Shown piece by piece: positions 27,104-36,328 of a DNA stretch of 44,880 nt. The first letter of the stretch is position 1. Every line of letters starts with the position of its first letter. This DNA is from a virus (taxonomy: Duplodnaviria; Caudoviricetes): IMG/VR virus record IMGVR_UViG_3300027644_000024, positions 1-44,880 of that record; one strand, written 5' to 3'. Both the position numbers and the translations under genes were made by a program. The notes beneath the pieces are model-generated. The model ran no database searches and was not told the origin of the DNA. It saw only the letters and a list, made by a program, of their open reading frames with translations.

Positions 27104-29842
27104 TTATTTCCTATGCACACCAAGAGTTGTTTGTTTTGCATTACCACCCGGACCTTGAGCACTGAAACTTGGAGTGCTTGTAGATGCACCACTTCCTGGT
27201 CTATTTCTTTTTTGAGGTGCTGGTGGAGCATAAACTACTTTTGGTTTTGGATTTACTGGTGGTTTTATTACTCCCCCTCTTACATTTTTTGGTTTTGATC
27301 TTGGAATTTGAGCTTTTGTATTTTCGTCTTTTGGTTTTCCAGACATTCCCAATAAACCACCAAGCAATGTTTTACTTCCAGCGAGACCCATTTCTTCTTC
27401 GGCAGTTCTTTTGCCACCAAGAATCATATCAACATCACCTTTTCCTTTAAAAGGATTTAATTGATGTGCAGCTTGAAGTCTTTCTTTAAATGGAACACTT
27501 CTTCCAAACATTTTATCTCTAATTAGTTCTCCTGTATCAAGATCTTTATCAACTATTTTACCAGTCTTAGGATCTTTTACTTTTTTCTTAAGGGAATCAA
27601 AATTATACTTATCTTCTACTCTATACCCACCACCCATTTCTTTACTTCTTTTATTAGCCCAAAATTGACCAAGAATGTTTTTAGCATTCTCAGCAGCAGG
27701 ACTCATATTTCCTTTTGAGTCTGCATAATCTGTATATTGAACTCTTACACCACCTGCATCTAATTTTTTTAAGAAACTTCGTTGAATTGCTAATGCCTCT
27801 CTACCCTTTGGAGTTTTTGATGCTCCAGAATCCTCAAGTTCTTTAATCTTTGTTTCTGCCTTTTCTTTCTCAACACCAGTTCTCAACTTTGCTCTTTCAA
27901 TTGCTTTTTGTAATTCTGCTTTAGAATCTTTACCCAAATTCATTTCACTTACCGGTCCATCAAATCCACCTAACATTTGTTTAGCATATATTGAACCAGC
28001 ATCTAGATAAGTTGATGCTCCCGGTCCTGTTAATTTTTGTCCAATTTCTTCAAAAAATCCTGGAGTTCCTGGTTTTGATGATGATGGTTTTGAATCTTTT
28101 ATTCCCATTATTCTTTTTACAGCACCAAGTGGGTCAGTTAATAAAGATCCTGTTGATGTCGAACCTCTAGGTCTAGAAGAAGATGGTTTTGAATCTTTTA
28201 TTCCCATTATTCTTTTTGCAGCACCAAGTGGGTCAGTTAGTAAAGATCCTGTTGATGTCGAACCTCTAGGTCTAGAAGAAGATGGATCAGCACCACTTTG
28301 TCCTCCTCTACTGCCAGAAGATTGACCGTCACTGCCACCACCAAGAGTTAAGGATAAATTTTTAATAGCATTAAGTAAATCCCCGCCCTTTTCTTTACCC
28401 CCAGTTGTAATAGCACTGCCATAATTGTTCAAGGATGTTACTAATTTATCTCTTTTTTCTAAAATTGTATCCCTAACTTTTTCTTTTTCATCTCCAATCA
28501 TTCCACCACCCTTAGCATAAGTGGTTCCACTTATTATTTTTGGTTTATTTGTTCCTCCTCCAGCAGCATTCATTCCCTCAAGAGTATCCACACCATATTT
28601 TTGCACTGCTCCTGTAGACATCACAAACTCACCATCACTCAACATTGCAGGAACTTTATCTACACCTTTCTCACCACTCACAAACCCATTTACCATTTCT
28701 TGAGGTTTTCCAGAACCCAATGCACCACCAAGCAGCATACCAAGAGGTCCCAACATAGCACCCATTCCGGCACCACCCATCATACCTTTAAAGTTTAACC
28801 CACCACCAGAGAACCCATAAGATTTTGTTTGACCTGTTTTTAATGTTGAAAGTTGTTCGTCAATTTCTGACCCCTCACCCTGCATTTTTTGGAGGGGGTT
28901 GAGATTTGCTTTTTGTTGCTCTAACGATTTAATTTTATCTTCTGTTGAACCTGGTTTTGATTTAGTTTTTTTCTCTTGTTCGTCAACTGTTCCGGGGAAC
29001 ATAGCAGGTACTGTAGCTCCTGCAGTAAGTAATCCGACAGCAAGTGCTGCTTTTGGATTTCTTGCTATTAGTTTTAACAACTGAGGTATAAGAACCTTAC
29101 CAATTTTGAAAATAAATCCTCCTATCATTTTAGTTAGACCTAAAGTAAGCCTACCAAAGGATGTGCCAAATAAAACAAAAGCAGTCAGTATAGCGGGTCC
29201 AAAATCTTTGAGAAATCTACTAATTGATTTTACTTTATCAGCATTTTTAGGATCACCAAACCATTCTAATAGTTTATAGACAACTCTTCCAAGAAAAACT
29301 GTTACGAAGAAATCAATTATTCTATCCAGAATACCTTTGACTGGTGCTATAACTTTTTCTGCAGCAGACTTTAATCCTTCAAATCTCTTTTCTAAATTAC
29401 CTTCTGCAACTCCTCTTTTTTCTTGCTCTGCTTTTCTTCTATCAAAAGCAGCACTATTATCAAGTGCTTTTTTTCTACCTGCTAATATTGCTGCAATAGA
29501 AGATACTGATACAGAAATCTTTGTGATACTATCTTCTACATTTGAAGTAGAACTTCCTGGTAGTTTCGCACCAATATTTTCTCCACTTATTCTACTACTT
29601 TGACTCTTTAATATATTTTTAAGAATGGTTATTTTTCTAGAATTATTATTAACGATCTTTTCTATACTAACAACTGATGTAGCAAGTTGTCTTACATTAC
29701 CAATAAGACTTACAAATGTTTTTTGTACGTTGAGAATACTTTTAGAAACATCAACAGATCCCCCCTTCTTAAAACTTTCAGCAGAGATTAAAGTTTTTTT
29801 GAGTTGTGAATCTAGACTTTTTAAATCGTTAGAATCGGGCAT
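27104..29842 (-). CDS. Tape-measure/gp29-like tail hub protein
   Basis: Coiled-coil N-terminus, hydrophobic helices, GVDKVPAMLSDGEFVMS...YG motif typical of tape-measure proteins. Confidence 0.6.
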   Translation of the reverse strand: MPDSNDLKSLDSQLKKTLISAESFKKGGSVDVSKSILNVQKTFVSLIGNVRQLATSVVSIEKIVNNNSRKITILKNILKSQSSRISGENIGAKLPGSSTSNVEDSITKISVSVSSIAAILAGRKKALDNSAAFDRRKAEQEKRGVAEGNLEKRFEGLKSAAEKVIAPVKGILDRIIDFFVTVFLGRVVYKLLEWFGDPKNADKVKSISRFLKDFGPAILTAFVLFGTSFGRLTLGLTKMIGGFIFKIGKVLIPQLLKLIARNPKAALAVGLLTAGATVPAMFPGTVDEQEKKTKSKPGSTEDKIKSLEQQKANLNPLQKMQGEGSEIDEQLSTLKTGQTKSYGFSGGGLNFKGMMGGAGMGAMLGPLGMLLGGALGSGKPQEMVNGFVSGEKGVDKVPAMLSDGEFVMSTGAVQKYGVDTLEGMNAAGGGTNKPKIISGTTYAKGGGMIGDEKEKVRDTILEKRDKLVTSLNNYGSAITTGGKEKGGDLLNAIKNLSLTLGGGSDGQSSGSRGGQSGADPSSSRPRGSTSTGSLLTDPLGAAKRIMGIKDSKPSSSRPRGSTSTGSLLTDPLGAVKRIMGIKDSKPSSSKPGTPGFFEEIGQKLTGPGASTYLDAGSIYAKQMLGGFDGPVSEMNLGKDSKAELQKAIERAKLRTGVEKEKAETKIKELEDSGASKTPKGREALAIQRSFLKKLDAGGVRVQYTDYADSKGNMSPAAENAKNILGQFWANKRSKEMGGGYRVEDKYNFDSLKKKVKDPKTGKIVDKDLDTGELIRDKMFGRSVPFKERLQAAHQLNPFKGKGDVDMILGGKRTAEEEMGLAGSKTLLGGLLGMSGKPKDENTKAQIPRSKPKNVRGGVIKPPVNPKPKVVYAPPAPQKRNRPGSGASTSTPSFSAQGPGGNAKQTTLGVHRK
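28083..28285. repeat. 99-bp near-perfect tandem duplication (33 aa)
   Basis: PSSSRPRGSTSTGSLLTDPLGA[AV]KRIMGIKDSK twice; units start at 28083 and 28182. Confidence 0.95.
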
Positions 29843-29871
29843 TGCTCATCTGTTGAGTATCTCAGTTTAAT

Positions 29872-29878
29872 TATTTAT
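29872..29878 (-). promoter_or_regulatory. Late promoter-like box ATAAATA
   Basis: tatttat 29 nt upstream of ORF start 29842. Confidence 0.6.
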
Positions 29879-29884
29879 GGGGGA

Positions 29885-29950
29885 TGGACAGAACAAGAAG
29901 TGGCCACACCGAGTGATTTGTGGTGAATATGGTGTTATTATATAGAGGTA
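29885..29950 (+). promoter_or_regulatory. Cyanomyovirus early-promoter-like region
   Basis: TGGACAG...GAAGTGGCCAC upstream motif, TG-t-TATTAT extended -10, then GAGG and an A-rich leader before ATG 29964. Confidence 0.5.
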
Positions 29951-29963
29951 AACAAACAAATCT

Positions 29964-30206
29964 ATGAAAGGACTTCTTAATTTTTATCTTGCTTCATCTC
30001 TTTCAATAACAACTGTAGCAACTGGTGCTTGTTTTGTTTGGTATGTGCAGGAATATAATGCTGCATACAAGTATTATAAAATTGTACCAGAAACCTCTCA
30101 AATTCATCGCACTAACGCACTTTGGTTGGGTTTGTGGGGTGGGATCTATGGTCTTACTGGTGTAGTAAGTGCAATTGGTTTATCTCAAGGAATTAAAAAA
30201 AACTAA
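29964..30206 (+). CDS. Small membrane protein (2 predicted TM helices)
   Basis: Hydrophobic stretches at residues ~5-28 and ~52-74; RBS GAGG. Confidence 0.75.
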   Translation: MKGLLNFYLASSLSITTVATGACFVWYVQEYNAAYKYYKIVPETSQIHRTNALWLGLWGGIYGLTGVVSAIGLSQGIKKN

Positions 30207-30319
30207 TGAAAACTTTTATTCTCTCCATACTTCTTGTTCCATTTCTTCTTTATGGTGGAACAATAGTTTTGTTTGCAACACTACAACACGTAAAAGTAGA
30301 ATTACCAACACCAAATTGA
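30206..30319 (+). CDS. 37-aa single-TM peptide (below ORF-track cutoff)
   Basis: TAATG stop/start overlap; MKTFILSILLVPFLLYGGTIVLFATLQHVKVELPTPN*; followed directly by a terminator. Confidence 0.7.
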   Translation: MKTFILSILLVPFLLYGGTIVLFATLQHVKVELPTPN

Positions 30320-30343
30320 GGGTCATTAAGACCCTCTTTTTTT
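30318..30343 (+). terminator. Rho-independent terminator
   Basis: GAGGGTC-attaa-GACCCTC followed by T7. Confidence 0.85.
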
Positions 30344-30354
30344 ATGCGTCAATA

Positions 30355-30543
30355 TTAGAATCTGGTATTGCTTATTTGTTGTTTTTGTTTTAACTCTTCC
30401 TCTTCAAGATGCTGCTGAAGTAATCCAACATAAACATCTCTTTCCCAGGGAATCATATTTTCAATTTCCCATAATGAATATTTATGATACTGTATCAAAG
30501 AAAAATTTAAACGAAAATAATTCTCAAGGTCCATATGGACCAT
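30355..30543 (-). CDS. gp51: Baseplate hub assembly catalyst gp51
   Basis: YFRLNFSLIQYHKYSLWEIENMIPWERDVYV; directly downstream of gp26. Confidence 0.85.
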   Translation of the reverse strand: MVHMDLENYFRLNFSLIQYHKYSLWEIENMIPWERDVYVGLLQQHLEEEELKQKQQISNTRF

Positions 30544-30545
30544 TC

Positions 30546-31265
30546 CTATGCGAAAAAACTTGCTAACCCTTCTAAAATAACTTCACTTTCAACTTCTGTT
30601 TTTGGATTTTTTATTTTAAGAGTATGAGAGAGTTTAGGCATAGTATCAAAGAACTTCTCAATGTCTTTGAATTGGGAAGAGTTCATTGAGTCTAAAAATT
30701 CAGTAACTTCTTTTTTTGTTACATCAGCAGTAGACCAAACTTCATTTGCAGTGTAAATCTTATCAATACAAGATGCAATAAGATCAAAGGATTGATCCAT
30801 AGCATTTCCACCCTCAAAATCAAAATTGTTCTTAATGAATTGGTCCAGTGATGGATACTTCATCTCCATCATAACTGAATCATCAATCTTAATTTTTTTC
30901 TCGTGAGTTTCGTTTTTCTGAACCTTAATATCATCAAGGTTTATTTTTACAGGAACTTGAGTTTCCCCATCATCAGGGCAAATAATATTAACTTCTATTT
31001 CTTCTCCAACAGACTTACCACGAATATTAAGAAACAAAAATTCAATATCAAAAGTAGGAAGTGCTTCTACTTTAATATTTTTAGTTATGATGCAATTTTT
31101 AATTACTGTTTTGATTGCAGTTGTAATTTGCTTTGTATCTTCACTCTCAAGAGCAATAACTAAAAGTTTTTCTTCTTTAACTAGAAATGGTCTGTATTGA
31201 ATAGTCTCTTCAGTTGAGGGCAATTCAAGTTGATATGTTGGGGTAGCAATTTTTGGTAAAGGCAT
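30546..31265 (-). CDS. gp26: Baseplate hub subunit gp26
   Basis: MPLPKI.TPTY.L.LPS...YRPFLVKEEK.L...FDIEFLFLNIRGKSVGE...LEGLASFF. Confidence 0.9.
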   Translation of the reverse strand: MPLPKIATPTYQLELPSTEETIQYRPFLVKEEKLLVIALESEDTKQITTAIKTVIKNCIITKNIKVEALPTFDIEFLFLNIRGKSVGEEIEVNIICPDDGETQVPVKINLDDIKVQKNETHEKKIKIDDSVMMEMKYPSLDQFIKNNFDFEGGNAMDQSFDLIASCIDKIYTANEVWSTADVTKKEVTEFLDSMNSSQFKDIEKFFDTMPKLSHTLKIKNPKTEVESEVILEGLASFFA

Positions 31266-31293
31266 AATGTCCTATAATAACTTCAGGTATTGT

Positions 31294-31300
31294 TATTTAG
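31294..31300 (-). promoter_or_regulatory. Late promoter-like box CTAAATA
   Basis: tatttag 28 nt upstream of gp26 start. Confidence 0.5.
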
Positions 31301-31301
31301 A

Positions 31302-32132
31302 TTAGAATATTGGAGGTATACTTGAACTTGTGCCGAATTGAGCATTCTGTAATGCCAGTGCTTCTGTAGTTAAAATATCTTGTGCTTCAATTGCATCCAA
31401 TTGTGCTCCTGTAAGACCACCTGCTCCTACAAGTGCTTGTGGACTATCTGCTGCTCCTTTTGGAGATCCGGATGAAGACTTTTGTGATGCCTCAGCAGAT
31501 CCTTGCACCAAAACATATCTGATATAACTCATAGAAACCGTACATTTAAGTAGAGAAGAAGAATCATATGAAACCGGCATTGAATTAATGCTAATTGGGA
31601 AGGCTCTTATAAACTTATATTCTAATGTTTGTGTGTAGTCTCTTTCAAATTTTGTAACAGTTAATCCATCTGCTGTGTATCCATTTTTTCCCTCAGGATA
31701 CCTAACCCTATAAAAATATTCCCTATCTTCCGATCCAGCATTTTTATCTGCTTGTTTTCCCCTACTTTCGTCTACAATATACTTCATCCAAGTTTCAAAA
31801 TATCTAATTGGAAGATAATTACCAGCATCAACATAGAATGTTAAGTCAATACGATCATCATAAACTCTTCTATATGCATGTCGTTCTGTTACACCATGAA
31901 AATTATCATTAATCTCAAAGGTTGCTAAATTAGACCCAGGAAGAACTGCTTCTGAGCACATTAAATCCAACTTTCCTTGATTTAAATTAACACCATTATA
32001 TTTCAAAAACGCACTAAAGTCACCACCAATTGGTTTTGGAATTGTAACAGCAAAATGAGAGGTAAGTGCAGGACGAAGTAAGTTAAGTTTAATATCTGCT
32101 ATATTTTTGGGAGTGGGAGTAACACCAGCCAT
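31302..32132 (-). CDS. Tail tube gp19-like protein / baseplate tail-tube initiator (gp54-like)
   Basis: CSEAVLPG...LTFYVD...FETWM...AFPISINSMPVSY...CTVSMSY tube-fold motifs. Confidence 0.7.
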   Translation of the reverse strand: MAGVTPTPKNIADIKLNLLRPALTSHFAVTIPKPIGGDFSAFLKYNGVNLNQGKLDLMCSEAVLPGSNLATFEINDNFHGVTERHAYRRVYDDRIDLTFYVDAGNYLPIRYFETWMKYIVDESRGKQADKNAGSEDREYFYRVRYPEGKNGYTADGLTVTKFERDYTQTLEYKFIRAFPISINSMPVSYDSSSLLKCTVSMSYIRYVLVQGSAEASQKSSSGSPKGAADSPQALVGAGGLTGAQLDAIEAQDILTTEALALQNAQFGTSSSIPPIF

Positions 32133-32133
32133 T

Positions 32134-32141
32134 TATAAATA
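32134..32141 (+). promoter_or_regulatory. Canonical T4 late promoter TATAAATA
   Basis: Exact match 33 nt upstream of gp4 start. Confidence 0.7.
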
Positions 32142-32174
32142 CTTTTTGATCGTATATATTATGTAGTAGAGATA

Positions 32175-32618
32175 ATGGCTGAAAGTTTAAAGAGTGTTTA
32201 TAAGCCATCCTACCCACAAAAATACATTGGCAACGTTAATAATATCATATGCAGAAGCAGTTGGGAAAGGAGATTTTGTCGGTGGTGTGATCTAAATGAA
32301 AATATAATATCTTGGGGTTCAGAAGAGTTTTGTGTTCCATATAAATCTCCAATTGATAATAAAGTTCATAGATACTACCCAGATTTTATTATTAAAGTAA
32401 AGGAACAATCTGGTGAGATCAAAACTTATGTGATTGAGGTAAAACCTAAAAAGCAAACAATGGTTCCTCAGAGGAAATCAAGAGTTACAAAATCATATCT
32501 ATATGAATGTAAGACTTATGCAGTCAATCAAGCAAAGTGGAATGCTGCAGAGGAATGGTGTAAAGACCGAATGATTAACTTTATGATTATCACCGAAGAT
32601 CATCTTGGTATCAAATAA
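32175..32618 (+). CDS. gp4: Head completion nuclease gp4 (TnsA-like fold)
   Basis: KY.G....I.CRSSWE...W.SEE...Y.SP.D...HRYYPDF...IEVKP...VNQAKW.AA...TE. Confidence 0.92.
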   Translation: MAESLKSVYKPSYPQKYIGNVNNIICRSSWERRFCRWCDLNENIISWGSEEFCVPYKSPIDNKVHRYYPDFIIKVKEQSGEIKTYVIEVKPKKQTMVPQRKSRVTKSYLYECKTYAVNQAKWNAAEEWCKDRMINFMIITEDHLGIK

Positions 32619-33013
32619 TGTCACAAAAAGGATTTGGTCAGTACATAGACAACTCATCCACAGCAAGAGTTAGAAAACTTAAAAAGGAAATTGCGAAGCA
32701 AGGGAGTAATGACCCAGAAGATTTAATGCTCATAATTATGGAACTTTTTACAGAAGAAGTTTTATATCCAGAACCAGGAAAGTTTTATACTTTTTTCTAC
32801 AATGCAAAAACACCAAAATTAGAATATGACCAACATCCATTAATTGCTTGCACTTCACTGGAAAGGTGGGGGTTTAGAGGAATTAATTTTCATTGGAGAA
32901 AGGCAAGGCAATATACTTGGGAAGAAGTCTCAGGAAAACTTCATATTGTTAAATATAATGAACTTGATGAACTACTCACAATACCTTATGCAAAATTCCG
33001 TCTAAATAAATAA
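32618..33013 (+). CDS. DNA end protector gp2-like protein
   Basis: PGKFYTFFYNAKT...YDQHPLI...GFRGINFH resembles the T4 gp2 core; adjacent to gp4. Confidence 0.55.
   Translation: MSQKGFGQYIDNSSTARVRKLKKEIAKQGSNDPEDLMLIIMELFTEEVLYPEPGKFYTFFYNAKTPKLEYDQHPLIACTSLERWGFRGINFHWRKARQYTWEEVSGKLHIVKYNELDELLTIPYAKFRLNK
33002..33012 (+). promoter_or_regulatory. Late promoter-like boxes CTAAATA/ATAAATA
   Basis: ctaaataaata just upstream of gp48 start 33029. Confidence 0.5.
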
Positions 33014-33028
33014 AACCATTCGTGTCTA

Positions 33029-34315
33029 ATGGCAACTAGACTACCTCCAGGTCAAGGAGCACTTCAAAACTGGAACAATATAAATTTAAACAAACCAGAG
33101 CAATATTCATCAGAATTTATTGTTGGTGGAAATAAGTTTGCGAATGTAACTGATGTTTCCACAGGACAGAGACAATTATATTTTGTGCAACCTGTATCTA
33201 ATCAGAGAGGGTTACTCACAACAACAAATGCAGATGGAACAATAACAAAAGGTGGTAATTATGATAACTTTAATCAAGGTAACCCAGGAAAATTAGCAGC
33301 AGCAGAAGCAGCAAGCAAACAGGCATCTGTTGTACTTTTATCAACTCCAAATATATCAACACCAGCAGAATCAGCAGCAATAAAAAATTCAAGTCAATTT
33401 AAATCAACTGCTGCTGGAAATAATGCAGCAACTGGTGGATCTGCTAGTGAGTCTGCTCCAGTTGTAAACCCACCATTAGACAAAGATACAAAAAAAGGAG
33501 ATGCAGGATCTTTTGTGTATCCTGCAAACTTGGCTCAAACGCATCAGGATATAATTAAATTTAATCTGATAAAATACATCCCCGGTGGAATTCCAACCCC
33601 AGGTAGATCGGGAAGACCTGCTTCAGGTGAAATATTAGGAACTGTTGTTCTTCCAGTTCCTAATAACATTTCTGATGTCAATGCTGCCGAGTGGGGAGCA
33701 GATAAAATGAATGCTGTTGAAGCTGCAGCAGCAGCTGCTGCTTTTGCAAGTATTACGGATGGTTTTGGCGCAGGAATGGAAAGTGTTGGGGCATCTCTTA
33801 AACAATTTGGATCAGATCCAACAAGCAAAAAATTTGTAGCAGCTGGGTTTGCCGGTGCAGCCATGGGTGGTGAAGGTGCTAAAATATTATCAAGGGCAAG
33901 TGGTCAAATTGTAAATCCTAATGTGGAACTCTTGTTTAATGCACCAACATTAAGAGCTTTTAGTTTTACTTTTAAATTAGCAGCAAGAAATCCAGATGAA
34001 GGAAAAACAATTATTAAAATTATAAGATTTTTTAAGAGAGGGATGTCTCCAATTAGATCAGAATCAAATTTATTTCTAAAATCACCTAATACATTTACAA
34101 TTCAATATATGAAGGGGGACGCAGATAACCCCAACATAGGTAAAATAAAAGAATGTGCCCTACAAAGTATAACTACTAACTACACTCCTGAAGGACAATA
34201 TGCAACCTTTAGTGATGGTGTGATGGTTTCTTATCAAATTACAATGCAGTTTTCAGAACTTGAACCAATATTCACTAAAGATTATGATAGTTCACCAGAT
34301 GGAATAGGTTTCTAA
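33029..34315 (+). CDS. gp48: Baseplate tail tube cap gp48
   Basis: NPNVELLFNAPTLRAFSFTFKLAARN..E...I..I.RFFK...CAL..ITTNYTP.G...MQFSELEP. Confidence 0.9.
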   Translation: MATRLPPGQGALQNWNNINLNKPEQYSSEFIVGGNKFANVTDVSTGQRQLYFVQPVSNQRGLLTTTNADGTITKGGNYDNFNQGNPGKLAAAEAASKQASVVLLSTPNISTPAESAAIKNSSQFKSTAAGNNAATGGSASESAPVVNPPLDKDTKKGDAGSFVYPANLAQTHQDIIKFNLIKYIPGGIPTPGRSGRPASGEILGTVVLPVPNNISDVNAAEWGADKMNAVEAAAAAAAFASITDGFGAGMESVGASLKQFGSDPTSKKFVAAGFAGAAMGGEGAKILSRASGQIVNPNVELLFNAPTLRAFSFTFKLAARNPDEGKTIIKIIRFFKRGMSPIRSESNLFLKSPNTFTIQYMKGDADNPNIGKIKECALQSITTNYTPEGQYATFSDGVMVSYQITMQFSELEPIFTKDYDSSPDGIGF

Positions 34316-34316
34316 A

Positions 34317-34985
34317 ATGTCAAGTTATTTTCAAAGAGTTCCAGATTTCAATTATGTTAGCAGACTTCCTGATTCTAAAATAGGAGATTATATTCGTGTA
34401 AAGAATTTATTTAAAAAAGGAAAACTCAGAGAAGACATTTTTCAGAATCTTGCCTTTTTTGAGAAGTATAAAATCATTGGAGATGCTCGTCCTGATAATG
34501 TTGCATTTGAAGTTTATGATGACTCCTCATTAGATTGGCTTATTCTTTTATCAAATAATGTTCTTAATGTCCAATCAGAATGGCCATTACCTCAAACAGA
34601 TTTTGATAGATTTGTATTAGATAAGTATGGTGATTATAATACTCTTTATAATGGTGTTCATCATTATGAAACTATAGAAGTTAAAAATAGTCAAGGAGTT
34701 GTAATTGTTCCTAAAGAACTTCATGTAGATTCTTCTTATTCTGTAAGTTATTACGATAATCTTACAGGTGAACAAGTTACTACAGGAAATATTGCAACTC
34801 CAATCACAAATTATCAATACGAAGAAGAAATAGACAATAATAAGAGAAATATTTTTTTACTTAAACCCAGATACTTAAATATAGTTTTTGATGATATGGA
34901 AGAAATTATGGTATACAAAAAAGGATCCACTCAGTATGTGAGTGAATCCTTGAAGACTGGAGATAATATCAAACTCTATAGTTGA
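34317..34985 (+). CDS. gp53: Baseplate wedge subunit gp53
   Basis: YF...P...RPDNVAFEVY....DWLILLSNN....EWPL...HHYET...TNYQYE...N..KR.I.LLK. Confidence 0.9.
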   Translation: MSSYFQRVPDFNYVSRLPDSKIGDYIRVKNLFKKGKLREDIFQNLAFFEKYKIIGDARPDNVAFEVYDDSSLDWLILLSNNVLNVQSEWPLPQTDFDRFVLDKYGDYNTLYNGVHHYETIEVKNSQGVVIVPKELHVDSSYSVSYYDNLTGEQVTTGNIATPITNYQYEEEIDNNKRNIFLLKPRYLNIVFDDMEEIMVYKKGSTQYVSESLKTGDNIKLYS

Positions 34986-35936
34986 TTACTCTGCCAATTT
35001 TTGGAAATATGAGAGTGCATCATCCTCATCTTCATCAATAGCAGTGACTGTAGGAAGTGTAGGAGACTTAGAACGAGTATAAGACTGCTCAATTTCTTCT
35101 AGAACTTTAGCCTCACGATTTACTGGTTGATTATAAGATTCATACTCCTCTTCTTGTTCAACCACAGCACGAGATTGTGTAGGAGAAGAAGTATGAGTCA
35201 AACCAAGAACCATATTCATTCTACGCTCAAGATCCTCATAGGACTTAAATTGATCTGGTGCAGTGATTGCAATTAGAGAATGCTCTTTCTTCCAGATTGT
35301 TTCCATAGCATCATCGTCATTCAGTAAGGGACTTACACGATCAAACTCTGACTTATCATAATTCCAATACCCATCTTTCTTTACGATCTTCATCTTAAAG
35401 TTAGCACCTTGCCAGAAATCAAATGGATTGATTGGTGATTCATCTTCAAATTCTGGTTGCATTGCATTCAGAATTTTATCAAAGATTTTCTTGCCGTACT
35501 TAAACAAGAAGACCTTACCTTCATTGGAAGGATTTGTAGGATCTTTTACTACATAGATGTTGCTGTAGTAAGAGAGTTTGCGTTTCTGCTTACGAACAGT
35601 ATCCTTATCTTTCTCATTACCACTATTCCAGAGTTCACGATTATATTCTGAAACAGGATCTTTCTGACCTACAGTAGTCAGACTGTTCTCAATATACCAT
35701 CCACCATTTCCTTGAAATGCATGAGTGTATAATTTTACCCATGGAACTTCCTCACCATCAACGGCAGGAAGGAAACGAATTATTGCAGAACCCACCCCTG
35801 TTTTATCCATCTCTGGTTTCCAGAGACGTTCATCGGCACCACTCGAAGTAGTGCTCATTTTTTCTACTTGCTTCACTAATTTTTCAGTGAGTGAACCAAG
35901 AGATGATTGCTTTTTAAGATTAGCAAAATTAGTCAT
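34986..35936 (-). CDS. gp32: Single-stranded DNA-binding protein gp32
   Basis: DERLWKP..DK.G.G.AIIRFLP...HAFQ..GGWYIENSLTT.G..DPV; acidic C-terminal tail. Confidence 0.95.
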   Translation of the reverse strand: MTNFANLKKQSSLGSLTEKLVKQVEKMSTTSSGADERLWKPEMDKTGVGSAIIRFLPAVDGEEVPWVKLYTHAFQGNGGWYIENSLTTVGQKDPVSEYNRELWNSGNEKDKDTVRKQKRKLSYYSNIYVVKDPTNPSNEGKVFLFKYGKKIFDKILNAMQPEFEDESPINPFDFWQGANFKMKIVKKDGYWNYDKSEFDRVSPLLNDDDAMETIWKKEHSLIAITAPDQFKSYEDLERRMNMVLGLTHTSSPTQSRAVVEQEEEYESYNQPVNREAKVLEEIEQSYTRSKSPTLPTVTAIDEDEDDALSYFQKLAE

Positions 35937-35980
35937 TGATTACCTTTTGTTAGTTGGATTTGGCTTTTGTGTACTTCTTT

Positions 35981-36009
35981 ATTCTACAGGTCGGAACCTG
36001 TTTTGTCAA
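35981..36009 (-). promoter_or_regulatory. Sigma70-type promoter of gp32
   Basis: TTGACA (36009-36004), 17 bp, TAGAAT (35986-35981). Confidence 0.75.
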
Positions 36010-36328
36010 TTTGTTGTCTCATCACTCCAAGCATTTTTGTCATATTGCTAAAGATAACATTCATATCAACATTAATAGGAAGACCCATCATCTGAGCAGA
36101 GTCAGAAATTTTTTTCTTCATCTCTTTTGCTTCAGGATCATCAGATAAACTCAAACGTGTATAAAGAATTTGTTGTTTATTCAAAAGTTTTTCCAAGAGA
36201 ATGACGTGCTCAATTTTTTCCTCTTTTGTCATCAGAGGAAATCGAAATACACTTACATAAATCTCTTCCTGCATATTTGAGATTTCAATCATCTCTGCAT
36301 GGACAAGTTCAGAATTAAAAAAACTCAT
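35984..36328 (-). CDS. Conserved cyanophage protein (DUF1825-like)
   Basis: FF.SE.V..E...LL.KQ.ILYTRLSLSDDPEA; usual position between gp59 and gp32. Confidence 0.75.
   Translation of the reverse strand: MSFFNSELVHAEMIEISNMQEEIYVSVFRFPLMTKEEKIEHVILLEKLLNKQQILYTRLSLSDDPEAKEMKKKISDSAQMMGLPINVDMNVIFSNMTKMLGVMRQQIDKTGSDL

Noticed and set aside
26587-27165. 192-aa plus-strand ORF
   Set aside because: Antisense to a Lys-rich coding region; no expression signals seen
30169-30393. 74-aa plus-strand ORF in the track
   Set aside because: Non-ATG start, crosses the terminator and overlaps gp51; the 37-aa ORF at 30206-30319 fits better
35984-36328. UvsY assignment
   Set aside because: Sequence fits the DUF1825-like cyanophage protein rather than UvsY motifs
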